Origin: a virus
Reading direction: 5' to 3' (one strand)
UHGV virus genome: UHGV-0148455
DNA length: 41,411 nt
Part shown: positions 33,611 through 41,411 of the stretch, in pieces
Layout: every line of letters begins with the position of its first letter
Numbering within the stretch: position 1 is the first letter of the stretch
Notes under the pieces: generated by a model
Told to the model about the DNA's origin: nothing
Database searches by the model: none
What the model saw: only the letters and a program-made list of their open reading frames with translations
Position numbers and translations under genes: made by a program

Positions 33611-34894
33611 CTATTTCAACCTTTTAGCTATCTCTTCAATTACATTTACAGTTACGCTATTACCCGCTTGTTTATACAGTTGACTATTGCTGTTAACCTC
33701 TTGTGCTTTATCAAATAATTCATCTGGGAAACCTTGCAACCTCCAACACTCTTTAGGGGTTAGTTTTCTTATTTTATAATCTGATAATACAACCCCTTGT
33801 TCATCTGTTGTAAGCAATGTATTAGCTATATTCTTGCCAACACGTCCTCTTCTAGTCTTTGAATTAGGTCGAGAGAGGTTAACACTATCCCCAACAGAAG
33901 CAACGCTATAACCTTGCTTATTAGCTTCTTTAATTAGCACCCCGTGTCTATCTTGTGTTGTTAAAGTAAACATAGGTTCGCCATTTTCCTTAAATCTTCT
34001 TCCATTTTGCCTTTTATCTACTCTATCAGGAGTAAGTACTGGTACTGCTATTTTAGGTTCAGAATTACCACCAGCCATTGTACAAATTGTAGGTGATATA
34101 CCTTCAACATCATAAACCCTTTGAGTCGTTTCAAATTTAAAATAAGGTAGATAAGCTTTAATCTTTATATCATTGTATTTTGGGTGATCAATAGCTACTT
34201 GTTTCGGTACTTTATAATCAGTAGCTAATAACGCTCCAACGATACCGTTTTTATCATGAACAACAGTTCTTGTCCCTTGACAACTACCGTTCGGGTTTTT
34301 AGTATTCCCAATAATGCTTATTTTTGGTTCAAAATCAGGTTCTTTGTCTTCTCCTCTGATAGGAAAAACTTTGTAGGTACATTCTCCTCTAAGATGTCCG
34401 ACAATGAATATACGTTCCCTATTCTGTGGGACTCCGAAATTTTTGCTGTTAAGCACTTGCCATTCGACATCATACCCCAATTCATCCAAGATTTTAAGTA
34501 TTCTAGTGAATGTTTTCCCTTTGTTGTGTGATAGTAAGTTTCTGACGTTCTCAAGCAATAAATAGCGTGGTTTGATTTCTTGGGTTGCTCTAGCAATTTC
34601 ATAGAATAAAGTTCCTCTAGTATCTTCAAATCCCAGTTGCTTTCCTGCAATTGAAAAGGCTTGGCAGGGGAAACCTCCGCAAATAACATCGACCTTTCCT
34701 CTAAGTTTTCTAAATTCTTCATTAGTCACCTCTTTTATATCATGATATTCTATTTCATTTTCTGTGTTGTGCATTGCTTTATAGCTTGATCTTGCAAATT
34801 TATCTATTTCACAAAATCCTACACATTTATGCCCGGCTCGTTCCATACCTAATCGGAAACCACCAATACCGGCAAATAAGTCTAAAAAGTTCAT
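33611..34894 (-). CDS. Orphan DNA (cytosine-5)-methyltransferase
   Basis: FAGIGG (I), GGFPCQAFS (IV), ENV (VI), QNRERIFIVG (VIII), LTPKECWRLQGFP (IX), QAGNSV (X). No restriction gene nearby. Confidence 0.95.
   Translation of the reverse strand: MNFLDLFAGIGGFRLGMERAGHKCVGFCEIDKFARSSYKAMHNTENEIEYHDIKEVTNEEFRKLRGKVDVICGGFPCQAFSIAGKQLGFEDTRGTLFYEIARATQEIKPRYLLLENVRNLLSHNKGKTFTRILKILDELGYDVEWQVLNSKNFGVPQNRERIFIVGHLRGECTYKVFPIRGEDKEPDFEPKISIIGNTKNPNGSCQGTRTVVHDKNGIVGALLATDYKVPKQVAIDHPKYNDIKIKAYLPYFKFETTQRVYDVEGISPTICTMAGGNSEPKIAVPVLTPDRVDKRQNGRRFKENGEPMFTLTTQDRHGVLIKEANKQGYSVASVGDSVNLSRPNSKTRRGRVGKNIANTLLTTDEQGVVLSDYKIRKLTPKECWRLQGFPDELFDKAQEVNSNSQLYKQAGNSVTVNVIEEIAKRLK
34318..34722 (-). CDS. Alternative-frame ORF nested in the methyltransferase (possible accessory subunit)
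   Basis: RBS AAAGAGGTG 4 nt before the ATG; C-terminal SLSDILEENVPTKFFLS motif. Confidence 0.55.
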   Translation of the reverse strand: MKNLENLEERSMLFAEVSPAKPFQLQESNWDLKILEELYSMKLLEQPKKSNHAIYCLRTSETYYHTTKGKHSLEYLKSWMNWGMMSNGKCLTAKISESHRIGNVYSLSDILEENVPTKFFLSEEKTKNLILNQK

Positions 34895-35086
34895 TTATTC
34901 CTCCTTTGCACTCCAGTGAAAATAATCAATGTCATTAACACTTATTAGTTCCGAACCTATCCAAATATACATGAATGAATCTTCTGAATCTGCGATAGCT
35001 TGAAATAACACTTGAATATTCACTTCATTAGCTTCAACAGTTACAGTTTCACCGTTATTATATTTAATCGTTAAATCATACATCAT
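34895..35086 (-). CDS. Hypothetical protein
   Basis: 63 aa, coupled to neighbours. Confidence 0.7.
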   Translation of the reverse strand: MMYDLTIKYNNGETVTVEANEVNIQVLFQAIADSEDSFMYIWIGSELISVNDIDYFHWSAKEE

Positions 35087-35589
35087 TGCATTTCCAACCT
35101 CTCATCAATATCATATACTTTGCCGTTGCTAATTTCTTCTAACGTTTTAAAATATAATTTTCTCAACTCAATACATCGTTGTTCATCTTTAATTTGAGGT
35201 AAACTAATATCCATTTTTTTCTCGTTCGCCAACGCATGTATCTCACCTATGTGATAATTTATAAAATCGTATGCTGCAAATAGATCCTTTGCATTAATCG
35301 CTTTCGTTTGGATTATTGGTTTCATAAATTCATCAGTTGATAAAAGACTTATGTATATACTTCTTGACATTTTTTCAACATATATTTCAAAATAGTTATT
35401 TTTATTTGTAGTCCTATAAAACTTTATAACAAAAGTCCCGTTGTCTATTTCTTCAGCATTATCACTATATAAAAATATATTTTTCAATATTCCAAATTCT
35501 TTATCTATTCTATTAAAATTATAAGTTGTTAACGCTTCTAATTCTTTTTTATAATCATAGTCATACGCTATACTGTTTTTAATCTTCAT
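35083..35589 (-). CDS. Hypothetical protein
   Basis: 168 aa ORF in the early operon. Confidence 0.75.
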   Translation of the reverse strand: MKIKNSIAYDYDYKKELEALTTYNFNRIDKEFGILKNIFLYSDNAEEIDNGTFVIKFYRTTNKNNYFEIYVEKMSRSIYISLLSTDEFMKPIIQTKAINAKDLFAAYDFINYHIGEIHALANEKKMDISLPQIKDEQRCIELRKLYFKTLEEISNGKVYDIDERLEMQ

Positions 35590-35815
35590 ACTCCGTAACC
35601 CCTAACTCTTCCAATTTGTTAGACAATTCTCTTCTCATTCCTAATATAACTTGTATAATTTTACTTCTGTGTTCTTTCTTTATTGTTACTCCGTTAAAGC
35701 TGGTAGATACCGTTAAAGTTCTAGCAGGATTTTGAATATCCGTTATAAAACTATCTAATTTTTTTATTTCATCAATTAATTTATTAGCTTCCTTTATTTC
35801 TCTAAAATTCATCAC
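35579..35815 (-). CDS. Hypothetical protein (tandem paralog of 35812-36042)
   Basis: MNFREIKEANKLIDEIKKLD...LEELGVTE. Confidence 0.75.
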   Translation of the reverse strand: MMNFREIKEANKLIDEIKKLDSFITDIQNPARTLTVSTSFNGVTIKKEHRSKIIQVILGMRRELSNKLEELGVTEYED

Positions 35816-36042
35816 TTATCCTCCACTACACCTAATTTATTTAACTCTTCAACCAGTTCATTTTTAATTCTTTTTAAAGCATTATCAACTTTTTGTTTAT
35901 ACTTATTATCAAAAAAAATTACATGACTATTTACACTTATTCTAATATCGCTAAGAGACCTTTCAGTCATTTTTAAGTGAAAATCAATTTCTCTAATTTT
36001 TTTTACTAAATCATTTGCCACTTGTAATTCTTTATAATTCAT
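35812..36042 (-). CDS. Hypothetical protein (tandem paralog of 35579-35815)
   Basis: MNYKELQVANDLVKKIREID...LNKLGVVE. Confidence 0.75.
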   Translation of the reverse strand: MNYKELQVANDLVKKIREIDFHLKMTERSLSDIRISVNSHVIFFDNKYKQKVDNALKRIKNELVEELNKLGVVEDK

Positions 36043-36278
36043 TACCCATAAATCTCCTTCAATTGCTTAAACATTTGTAGTTCTCTTATACGTTCCTTTT
36101 GTTGCTGGATAGTTCTTTCCTTGGCTATATTGTCATTAGAAAGCTCCTCAATAGTATTACTTGACACATATACACCTAATATTAACCCTGCTGTAAGCAT
36201 TGCTAACAGCATTGAAAGTGTTATTAATATAATCTCTATGTTATCCCACGTCTTTTTTAACATTTTTTTACCTCTCAT
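36042..36278 (-). CDS. Membrane-anchored coiled-coil protein
   Basis: One TM helix plus coiled coil; start may be 36263. Confidence 0.7.
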   Translation of the reverse strand: MRGKKMLKKTWDNIEIILITLSMLLAMLTAGLILGVYVSSNTIEELSNDNIAKERTIQQQKERIRELQMFKQLKEIYG

Positions 36279-36279
36279 A

Positions 36280-36468
36280 TTATTTACCCCAAATATAATT
36301 TATAACTTGATAAAGTATGTAAGATATTGCTAACCAATTCAAAATAGTTAAATTCATTTTAATTTTAAATAATTCATAATGAAATTCCTTTAATAGGTCA
36401 TAATGTACAATATTATCCTTCTCTAAGTTAAAAATCCTTTTTGCCAATTCTTTTATTTTCTCGTCCAT
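36280..36468 (-). CDS. Small protein with C-terminal hydrophobic segment
   Basis: 62 aa, AGGAGG RBS. Confidence 0.65.
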   Translation of the reverse strand: MDEKIKELAKRIFNLEKDNIVHYDLLKEFHYELFKIKMNLTILNWLAISYILYQVINYIWGK

Positions 36469-36471
36469 TTT

Positions 36472-36699
36472 TTATCCTCCTATTTCGTTTGTCTCAACTA
36501 CTCTTTTAGTTTGTTTAGCTTTTTCATCATCCAGTGCTTTTAGCTGTTCTTCTAACTTAGCATTTTTTATCCTTAATTCTATGGCTTCTTGTTTTTCTTT
36601 TTCTTGACGTTCTTGATAGTCTTTTGCATCAATAAATAGAGCTACAAAAAAAGCACCAACTAAAATTATCATTCCTGCTATAAATAATTTCTCTAACAT
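36472..36699 (-). CDS. Membrane-anchored coiled-coil protein
   Basis: N-terminal TM helix then charged coiled coil. Confidence 0.7.
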   Translation of the reverse strand: MLEKLFIAGMIILVGAFFVALFIDAKDYQERQEKEKQEAIELRIKNAKLEEQLKALDDEKAKQTKRVVETNEIGG

Positions 36700-36702
36700 C
36701 TC

Positions 36703-36885
36703 TTAATCTCCTATTTCATTTGCATTTACTTTTAAGACTTTAGCTATTTTTCGGAGTGTTTTCCTATAGCCTAAACCATTTCCAGTACGTATCAAGTTAA
36801 TAGTTGTTGGGCTTACTCCACACATTTTAGCTAACAGTCTATTTGATATTTCCAACTCTCTCATAAGTTTATCAAGTTTAGTCAT
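36703..36885 (-). CDS. XRE HTH DNA-binding protein
   Basis: ISNRLLAKMCGVSPTTINLIRTG...TLRKIAKVLKV. Confidence 0.85.
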   Translation of the reverse strand: MTKLDKLMRELEISNRLLAKMCGVSPTTINLIRTGNGLGYRKTLRKIAKVLKVNANEIGD

Positions 36886-36887
36886 AA

Positions 36888-37100
36888 CTAAAACTCCATA
36901 AGCTTAACTCTTACATCTACTAACGAATTCGTTAAGCCGTTGTCAATTCCTGTATTCTGTTCTAACGGATATAACATATCTTCAGTTAAAATGTATTCTC
37001 TATTCTTATATTCAAATGTGATCTTTTTAACTCCTTTATAAAGCGAACCAAAACTTTCACCTTTAACAATATCAATCAATCTACATAGTTTCTCTTCCAT
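36888..37100 (-). CDS. Hypothetical protein
   Basis: Start moved to MEEKL (37100) after GAGGTGG. Confidence 0.6.
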   Translation of the reverse strand: MEEKLCRLIDIVKGESFGSLYKGVKKITFEYKNREYILTEDMLYPLEQNTGIDNGLTNSLVDVRVKLMEF

Positions 37101-37554
37101 TTTCCACCTCATCCATTGTGTAAACGAACAAGTGTTCGTTAAATCTTTCATCCTCTTTTGCTTTATCCCTAAGCCATTGAATAAAATCTTCTTTAGCTTG
37201 AGTAAAATCAATTCCAGTTTCTTCTTTAAGAATTCCGCTAACATCTTCAAATGTGAACCTCTCCTCGTGATAGTCTTTAAATATAATCATTGTTTCGTTA
37301 AATACTTCTTCTAGCCGTTTCTTTCCATAACCTCTATTTCTCAAGGCTAATAATGGTATACCCAGCGTATCAATGAATAACTCTTGAAATACATTGTTAG
37401 CCATTTGTCGACTAGCTGAAAGCTTGTATTCATCAACCGCCTTTTTCTCCAAATTAGCATAACGTCTATGTAGTTTCCTAGCGTCGTTGGTATCAATCAT
37501 CTGTAAATTAGACTTTCTAATCTTCTTATTTTTCTTATTTTTCTTTTTTCCCAT
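37081..37554 (-). CDS. Hypothetical phage protein
   Basis: ALRNRGYGKKRLEEVF...LKEETGIDF pattern common in Firmicute phages. Confidence 0.75.
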   Translation of the reverse strand: MGKKKNKKNKKIRKSNLQMIDTNDARKLHRRYANLEKKAVDEYKLSASRQMANNVFQELFIDTLGIPLLALRNRGYGKKRLEEVFNETMIIFKDYHEERFTFEDVSGILKEETGIDFTQAKEDFIQWLRDKAKEDERFNEHLFVYTMDEVENGRETM

Positions 37555-37987
37555 GTTTTAAACTCTCCATTAATTCATTAAATTCATTGTCAATCTTCTC
37601 AACTTCTTCAATCTCAATATACAGTCCGCTGTTCTTGTGCCACCTTTTAGAGACCTCTAGATCCGTAATAAGTCCATCATCTTTATAAAATCCCATATCA
37701 CACATCACATCTTGTAGTAACTTCTGTAGGTTGTCTAAATCGGGGCGTGTTGCTTTTCGTTCCCCGTCTTTAGACTTCTGAGTTGGTTCGAAAATCCAAA
37801 TTACTTTCAACCTTATCCCAGTTTCATATCGTTCTTTTGGTTGATATCCACTTAATGCACGTTGTAAAGTTGCCTTTGACTTCTTAAGGTTTCCTGTGTT
37901 GTAAAATGTTTTAGTTTTAATCGAAAATTTCTTTTGTTGTGCTGTAGTCCGTGGAACTTCTTTTATCGGTGTAAAAAATTTTAACAC
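37535..37987 (-). CDS. rusA: RusA Holliday junction resolvase
   Basis: RPDLDNLQKLLQD...YKDD..I signature. Confidence 0.92.
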   Translation of the reverse strand: MLKFFTPIKEVPRTTAQQKKFSIKTKTFYNTGNLKKSKATLQRALSGYQPKERYETGIRLKVIWIFEPTQKSKDGERKATRPDLDNLQKLLQDVMCDMGFYKDDGLITDLEVSKRWHKNSGLYIEIEEVEKIDNEFNELMESLKHGKKEK

Positions 37988-38001
37988 TTTATCACCTCCA
38001 T

Positions 38002-38973
38002 TTATTCATCCCACCAGTTAAATTTACCTAGCGTAGAATTTTGATTATTAATTTTATTTTGTTTATCTCTCGTTACTGAATTGTACAAACTGGCAATAAC
38101 ATAATTCTCAAAATTAGTAATTTGTTTAGATTTTAAGATTTGCTCTACACAGTAATTAATTTGTGTTTTGGTAACATCTTTTAATACATCTTGTACTGTT
38201 GTTACATCAACGTTAACACCGTTTATATTATAGTCTCCTGTTGTCTTTAAATTAGCCTGACTTATTGCTAACTCAACATCTTTTTTTAGCTTGTCAAAAT
38301 AAATTAAATCGTTGTTGGTTTGATTATATAAATTATTTTTATCAGTTAAATCTTTATTTTTACTTAAGTCTTTATTTTTGATAAAGTTATTATAATTAAT
38401 ATATATATAATCTTTATTAATCTCTTTTATGGTTGGGGCATTTTGCACTAACTGGTTGGGGCAATCTGCACTAACTGGTTGGGGCATTTTGCACTCACTG
38501 TTAGGGCATTTTGCACTAACCTCTATTTTATCGGTTGGGGCATTTTGCACTAACTTTACATTTTGAGTTGGGGCATTTTGCACTAACCTAGATTTTTGAT
38601 TATCACTTTCATTTTTAGTAATATTTTTATCTGATTTAAGATTTTTATTAAAAGATATTTTATTGTAATTTACACGATACAATTTCCCATTTTTATGTTT
38701 TTTTGTTATTAAAAAGTTTCCTTCCTCTAAATTAGTTAATACTCGTTTTAAAGTGTCGTAACTGAAACATAAAGGAAAGTCCCTTTTCAACATCATATTA
38801 ATTGACGAAAACGTCCAGTAAGCACCGTCAATATAATATTCATCATTTCTTTTATTGATAGTACACCAGTAGTCCACTTGCTGTAGGACAAGAGCTTCAT
38901 TGACTTTCCCTTGCCCTAACACTTCAAGTAAACCTAAGTTTAGTGGAATAACTTTAATTGTTTTTTGCTCCAT
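38002..38973 (-). CDS. Replication initiator (replisome organizer)
   Basis: N-terminal winged helix (EALVLQQVDYW...TLKRVLTNLEE); contains internal iterons. Confidence 0.88.
   Translation of the reverse strand: MEQKTIKVIPLNLGLLEVLGQGKVNEALVLQQVDYWCTINKRNDEYYIDGAYWTFSSINMMLKRDFPLCFSYDTLKRVLTNLEEGNFLITKKHKNGKLYRVNYNKISFNKNLKSDKNITKNESDNQKSRLVQNAPTQNVKLVQNAPTDKIEVSAKCPNSECKMPQPVSADCPNQLVQNAPTIKEINKDYIYINYNNFIKNKDLSKNKDLTDKNNLYNQTNNDLIYFDKLKKDVELAISQANLKTTGDYNINGVNVDVTTVQDVLKDVTKTQINYCVEQILKSKQITNFENYVIASLYNSVTRDKQNKINNQNSTLGKFNWWDE
38432..38587. repeat. Replication origin: six 21-bp iterons next to an AT-rich tract
   Basis: GTTGGGGCATTTTGCACTAAC (or variant) at 38432, 38455, 38478, 38500, 38534, 38567; AT-rich region at ~38320-38430. 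Confidence 0.9.
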
Positions 38974-38979
38974 AAATCA

Positions 38980-39615
38980 CTATTCTTGTGTAAATGGATT
39001 AGCAACACTTTCTAAAAAATCATCAAAATTAGAGTTGTTGCTAAAATCAGTGTATAAATTATTAGTATTATTAATTCCACCAGTTCCATTTATTTGCATT
39101 TGTTGTTGTTGATTAAATTGTCCTGTATTGCCATTATTTTGTACGCTGTTGGCTTGATTGATATAATCTAATGCATTTACCTTATTTTGATTATCAAAGC
39201 TGTTAAAAGCGTTATTTTGACCTAAATTGTTTTGTTGATTAAAATTATTTAAGTGTTGATTAAATTGATTTGCTTGATTATTTTGATTAGCTTGTTGACT
39301 TTTTGCTATAAATGAAAATTCATTAACCATTACATCTGTTGTGTAAATTTTAGTTCCATCTTGTTTTTGATAACTACCAGTTTGAATACTTCCAGTAATT
39401 GAGATTAAATCACCTTTTTGGCAATACTGTGCTATTGTTTCAGCACGTTTTCCAAAAACTTTACAACTTATAAAATCAGTCTGTTTTTGTCCGTTTTGAT
39501 CTTTAAAATTTCTTTCAACCGCTAAGGTAATATTTAAAGATGAATTATTATTGCTAGTTTGTTTTAACTCTAGATTTCTTGTTATTCTTCCGTTTAGGCA
39601 CACGTTATTTAACAT
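38980..39615 (-). CDS. ssb: Single-stranded DNA-binding protein with long Asn/Gln-rich tail
   Basis: NNVCLNGRITRNLEL...TDFI.C..FGK.AE; ends in ..NPFTQE. Confidence 0.95.
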   Translation of the reverse strand: MLNNVCLNGRITRNLELKQTSNNNSSLNITLAVERNFKDQNGQKQTDFISCKVFGKRAETIAQYCQKGDLISITGSIQTGSYQKQDGTKIYTTDVMVNEFSFIAKSQQANQNNQANQFNQHLNNFNQQNNLGQNNAFNSFDNQNKVNALDYINQANSVQNNGNTGQFNQQQQMQINGTGGINNTNNLYTDFSNNSNFDDFLESVANPFTQE

Positions 39616-40234
39616 TATTTTGTTCTCCTTGTTGTTCTTGTTGTTCTTGTTGTTGATGTTGTTGTGCTTGACGTTGATTTAAAATCCATTGCCAAACATC
39701 TCTTAATTCTTCGTTAGTTAAATCTTCTAATCTAAACTTGTTCTTCTTACTTAAAATAGATTGAATATGCTGAGGTGGTAAGTTTTGCTGTATCGCTTGA
39801 ATTAAAGCATTTCTCTCAGCCATTATTTCAGTAAAATCAGGTTCAGTTAATTTAAGTAAATTTCTATATAGATATCTCATAAAATAAGTATCTACAGAAC
39901 CTACTGCTTGTGCATTATTCCCAACCTTTTGCATTGCACTACCAACCTTTTCTGTTGGTTGATTAGGAAGTACAGGAGGTATCTCCGTTTTTTTAATTTG
40001 GTAAACTCTAACGTCATTCGGCTTTTCAGCATCACAAATAGTTAACGTTTTATAATCTCCTGCTTCGCTATATTCATCATATATCCCTAATTCTGAACAT
40101 ATATCAATGGTATGAGGTAGGAAGTCCGATAATTGATAATAGTTATATTTTGCGTGAGAATTATATCCAGTCGCTTTTAAATTCAATTCCTTAATTCTTT
40201 TTCTTAAGATTAATATCTTTTGTTCTACAGTCAT
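39605..40234 (-). CDS. ERF family single-strand annealing protein
   Basis: GYNSHAKYNYYQLSDFLP and QAVGSVDTYFMRY motifs; start MTVEQ. Confidence 0.8.
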   Translation of the reverse strand: MTVEQKILILRKRIKELNLKATGYNSHAKYNYYQLSDFLPHTIDICSELGIYDEYSEAGDYKTLTICDAEKPNDVRVYQIKKTEIPPVLPNQPTEKVGSAMQKVGNNAQAVGSVDTYFMRYLYRNLLKLTEPDFTEIMAERNALIQAIQQNLPPQHIQSILSKKNKFRLEDLTNEELRDVWQWILNQRQAQQHQQQEQQEQQGEQNNVK

Positions 40235-40236
40235 TA

Positions 40237-40659
40237 TTAAACTTCCTCCGCCCATTGTAAGTAATCGCCTATTTGCTGTTTAAAATGTTCACTCTCTAAA
40301 TCTTCTTTAGTGAAAACTTGAGTTAAATTATCTTCACATTCAAATAATAGTTTATCCCTAGCACCGAACAACTCACTAACTCTATTAAATGTGATATATT
40401 GTTGCTCTCCTCCTAGAGTTAAATTTTTTAACGGTATTCTATAATAACCGCTTCTATCTTTGATTTTAGTATCTTCATACTTTCTAACAAGTTTCTTTAA
40501 CTCAACAGGCGTATTCTTAAATGTAGTGCTATATTGTTCATTCTTACCAACAATAGCGTATATCACATCTTTTTTTATTATTTTATATTCTTCATCACTT
40601 TCAGCTATAGTATAATTTTTCGCATTTAATATACTAAGAAATTCATTAGTTGACATCAT
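40237..40659 (-). CDS. Hypothetical protein
   Basis: 140 aa with GGAGGTG RBS. Confidence 0.75.
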   Translation of the reverse strand: MMSTNEFLSILNAKNYTIAESDEEYKIIKKDVIYAIVGKNEQYSTTFKNTPVELKKLVRKYEDTKIKDRSGYYRIPLKNLTLGGEQQYITFNRVSELFGARDKLLFECEDNLTQVFTKEDLESEHFKQQIGDYLQWAEEV

Positions 40660-40864
40660 GATACATCACCTCCAGGTAAGAAACGTAAACTTTAATAACT
40701 TCAAATTCCTCTCTTATCGATAAACTCTTATAAGCCTTTGCTACCTCCGACTCATCTTTCTCATACATAAATACATCTCTAAAATGGGACATATCGTCGA
40801 TAAAACCTTCATATCCATAATTATCTATTAATTCAAATAGCACCTTTTTTTGATTTTCATTCAC
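40646..40864 (-). CDS. Hypothetical protein
   Basis: 72 aa, GTG start after AAGGAG. Confidence 0.7.
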   Translation of the reverse strand: MNENQKKVLFELIDNYGYEGFIDDMSHFRDVFMYEKDESEVAKAYKSLSIREEFEVIKVYVSYLEVMYHDVN

Positions 40865-40912
40865 TTTCTAAATTCTCCTTGATTTTCCTTTTAATCTACG
40901 CTATAATAACAG

Positions 40913-40964
40913 TAGATTTTTATTTTGTTTATCGCTCGTTGTTTTAATACAACGAGCTTTTTTT
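40913..40964 (+). ncRNA. Candidate ~50-nt antisense small RNA in the early operon
   Basis: -35 TTGATT (40879), 17 bp, TATAAT (40902); terminator GCTCGTTGT-TTTAAT-ACAACGAGC-T7. Confidence 0.6.
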
Positions 40965-41199
40965 AATCTTCTAACATCATTTTTATAGAATGCAATAACA
41001 TTTCATTTGAGTAATAATCCATTAGATTTTTAATCTCCTCTTTATTAACGTTGCCAGCTTCTTGTAATATAGCCGCATAAATTCCACCAACTAAATAAGC
41101 ATTAACAACAATTTCTATCATTTCTTTGATACATTCAGCTTCTTCTACAATTTCTAATTCTAATAATTTTAAAATATCTTCGTTAATATTAACTAACAT
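40963..41199 (-). CDS. Hypothetical acidic protein
   Basis: 78 aa downstream of dUTPase, RBS AAAGGAG. Confidence 0.7.
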   Translation of the reverse strand: MLVNINEDILKLLELEIVEEAECIKEMIEIVVNAYLVGGIYAAILQEAGNVNKEEIKNLMDYYSNEMLLHSIKMMLED

Positions 41200-41202
41200 T
41201 GT

Positions 41203-41411
41203 TTATTCTCCTTTACTTCCTGTACTTCCAAACCCACCATTTCTAATATCATTTTTAAGTCTTACACCGTGTGTCACTGGTAATATTTTGTTGAATATTC
41301 CTTGTGCTATTCTAGTGCCTTTCTTAATTGTGATATGCTCATTAGTTAAGTTGTTAAACTCAATCATTATGTGACCTTCATTGGTTGGGTTGTTGTAATA
41401 ATCAGCGTCTA
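41203..41411 (-). CDS. dut: 3' part of trimeric dUTPase (continues from base 1)
   Basis: VDADYYNNPTNEGHI...RIAQG...RNGGFGSTG: dUTPase motifs III-V, stop TAA at 41203-41205. Confidence 0.95.
   Translation of the reverse strand, partial: DADYYNNPTNEGHIMIEFNNLTNEHITIKKGTRIAQGIFNKILPVTHGVRLKNDIRNGGFGSTGSKGE

Larger units (their letters stand above)
1..41411. mobile_element. Complete circular temperate siphovirus genome (excised prophage or free phage)
   Basis: All phage modules are present and no host genes are seen. The dUTPase ORF continues in frame across the window ends (GVGI|VDADYY). Confidence 0.93.

Noticed and set aside
33611..35589. Restriction-modification system around the methyltransferase
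   Set aside because: No neighbouring ORF is recognisable as an endonuclease; orphan MTases are common in phage early regions.
38432..38587. Six 21-bp repeats as a possible mini-CRISPR array
   Set aside because: Gaps are only 1-13 bp and the repeats lie inside the replication initiator gene, so they are iterons.

Overview
The window looks like a complete ~41.4 kb circular genome of a temperate siphovirus of a low-GC Firmicute (host not determinable; Gemella/Streptococcus-like by gene style, inference). It is opened inside a dUTPase gene that reads in frame from base 1 into base 41411 on the minus strand. Modules: lysogeny (cro/cI switch with four 18-bp operators, tyrosine integrase, attP region), lysis (two holins, amidase-SH3 endolysin), tail, SPP1-type head and packaging, late activator, an accessory region with an orphan C5 methyltransferase, and replication/recombination genes (ERF, SSB, initiator with six iterons, RusA). 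Most notable: (1) a ParB-DUF4417 gene followed by two small basic proteins sharing an MG[G/S]RGAS leader, one with a His-rich toxin-like domain followed by a tRNA-like RNA with its own promoter and terminator; (2) several promoter-structured RNA-terminator cassettes without ORFs, including an abiF-like RNA between holin and lysin with no Abi gene; (3) an in-frame HTH-dUTPase fusion; (4) an alternative-frame ORF with its own RBS inside the methyltransferase. Family names come from motif recognition, not database searches.
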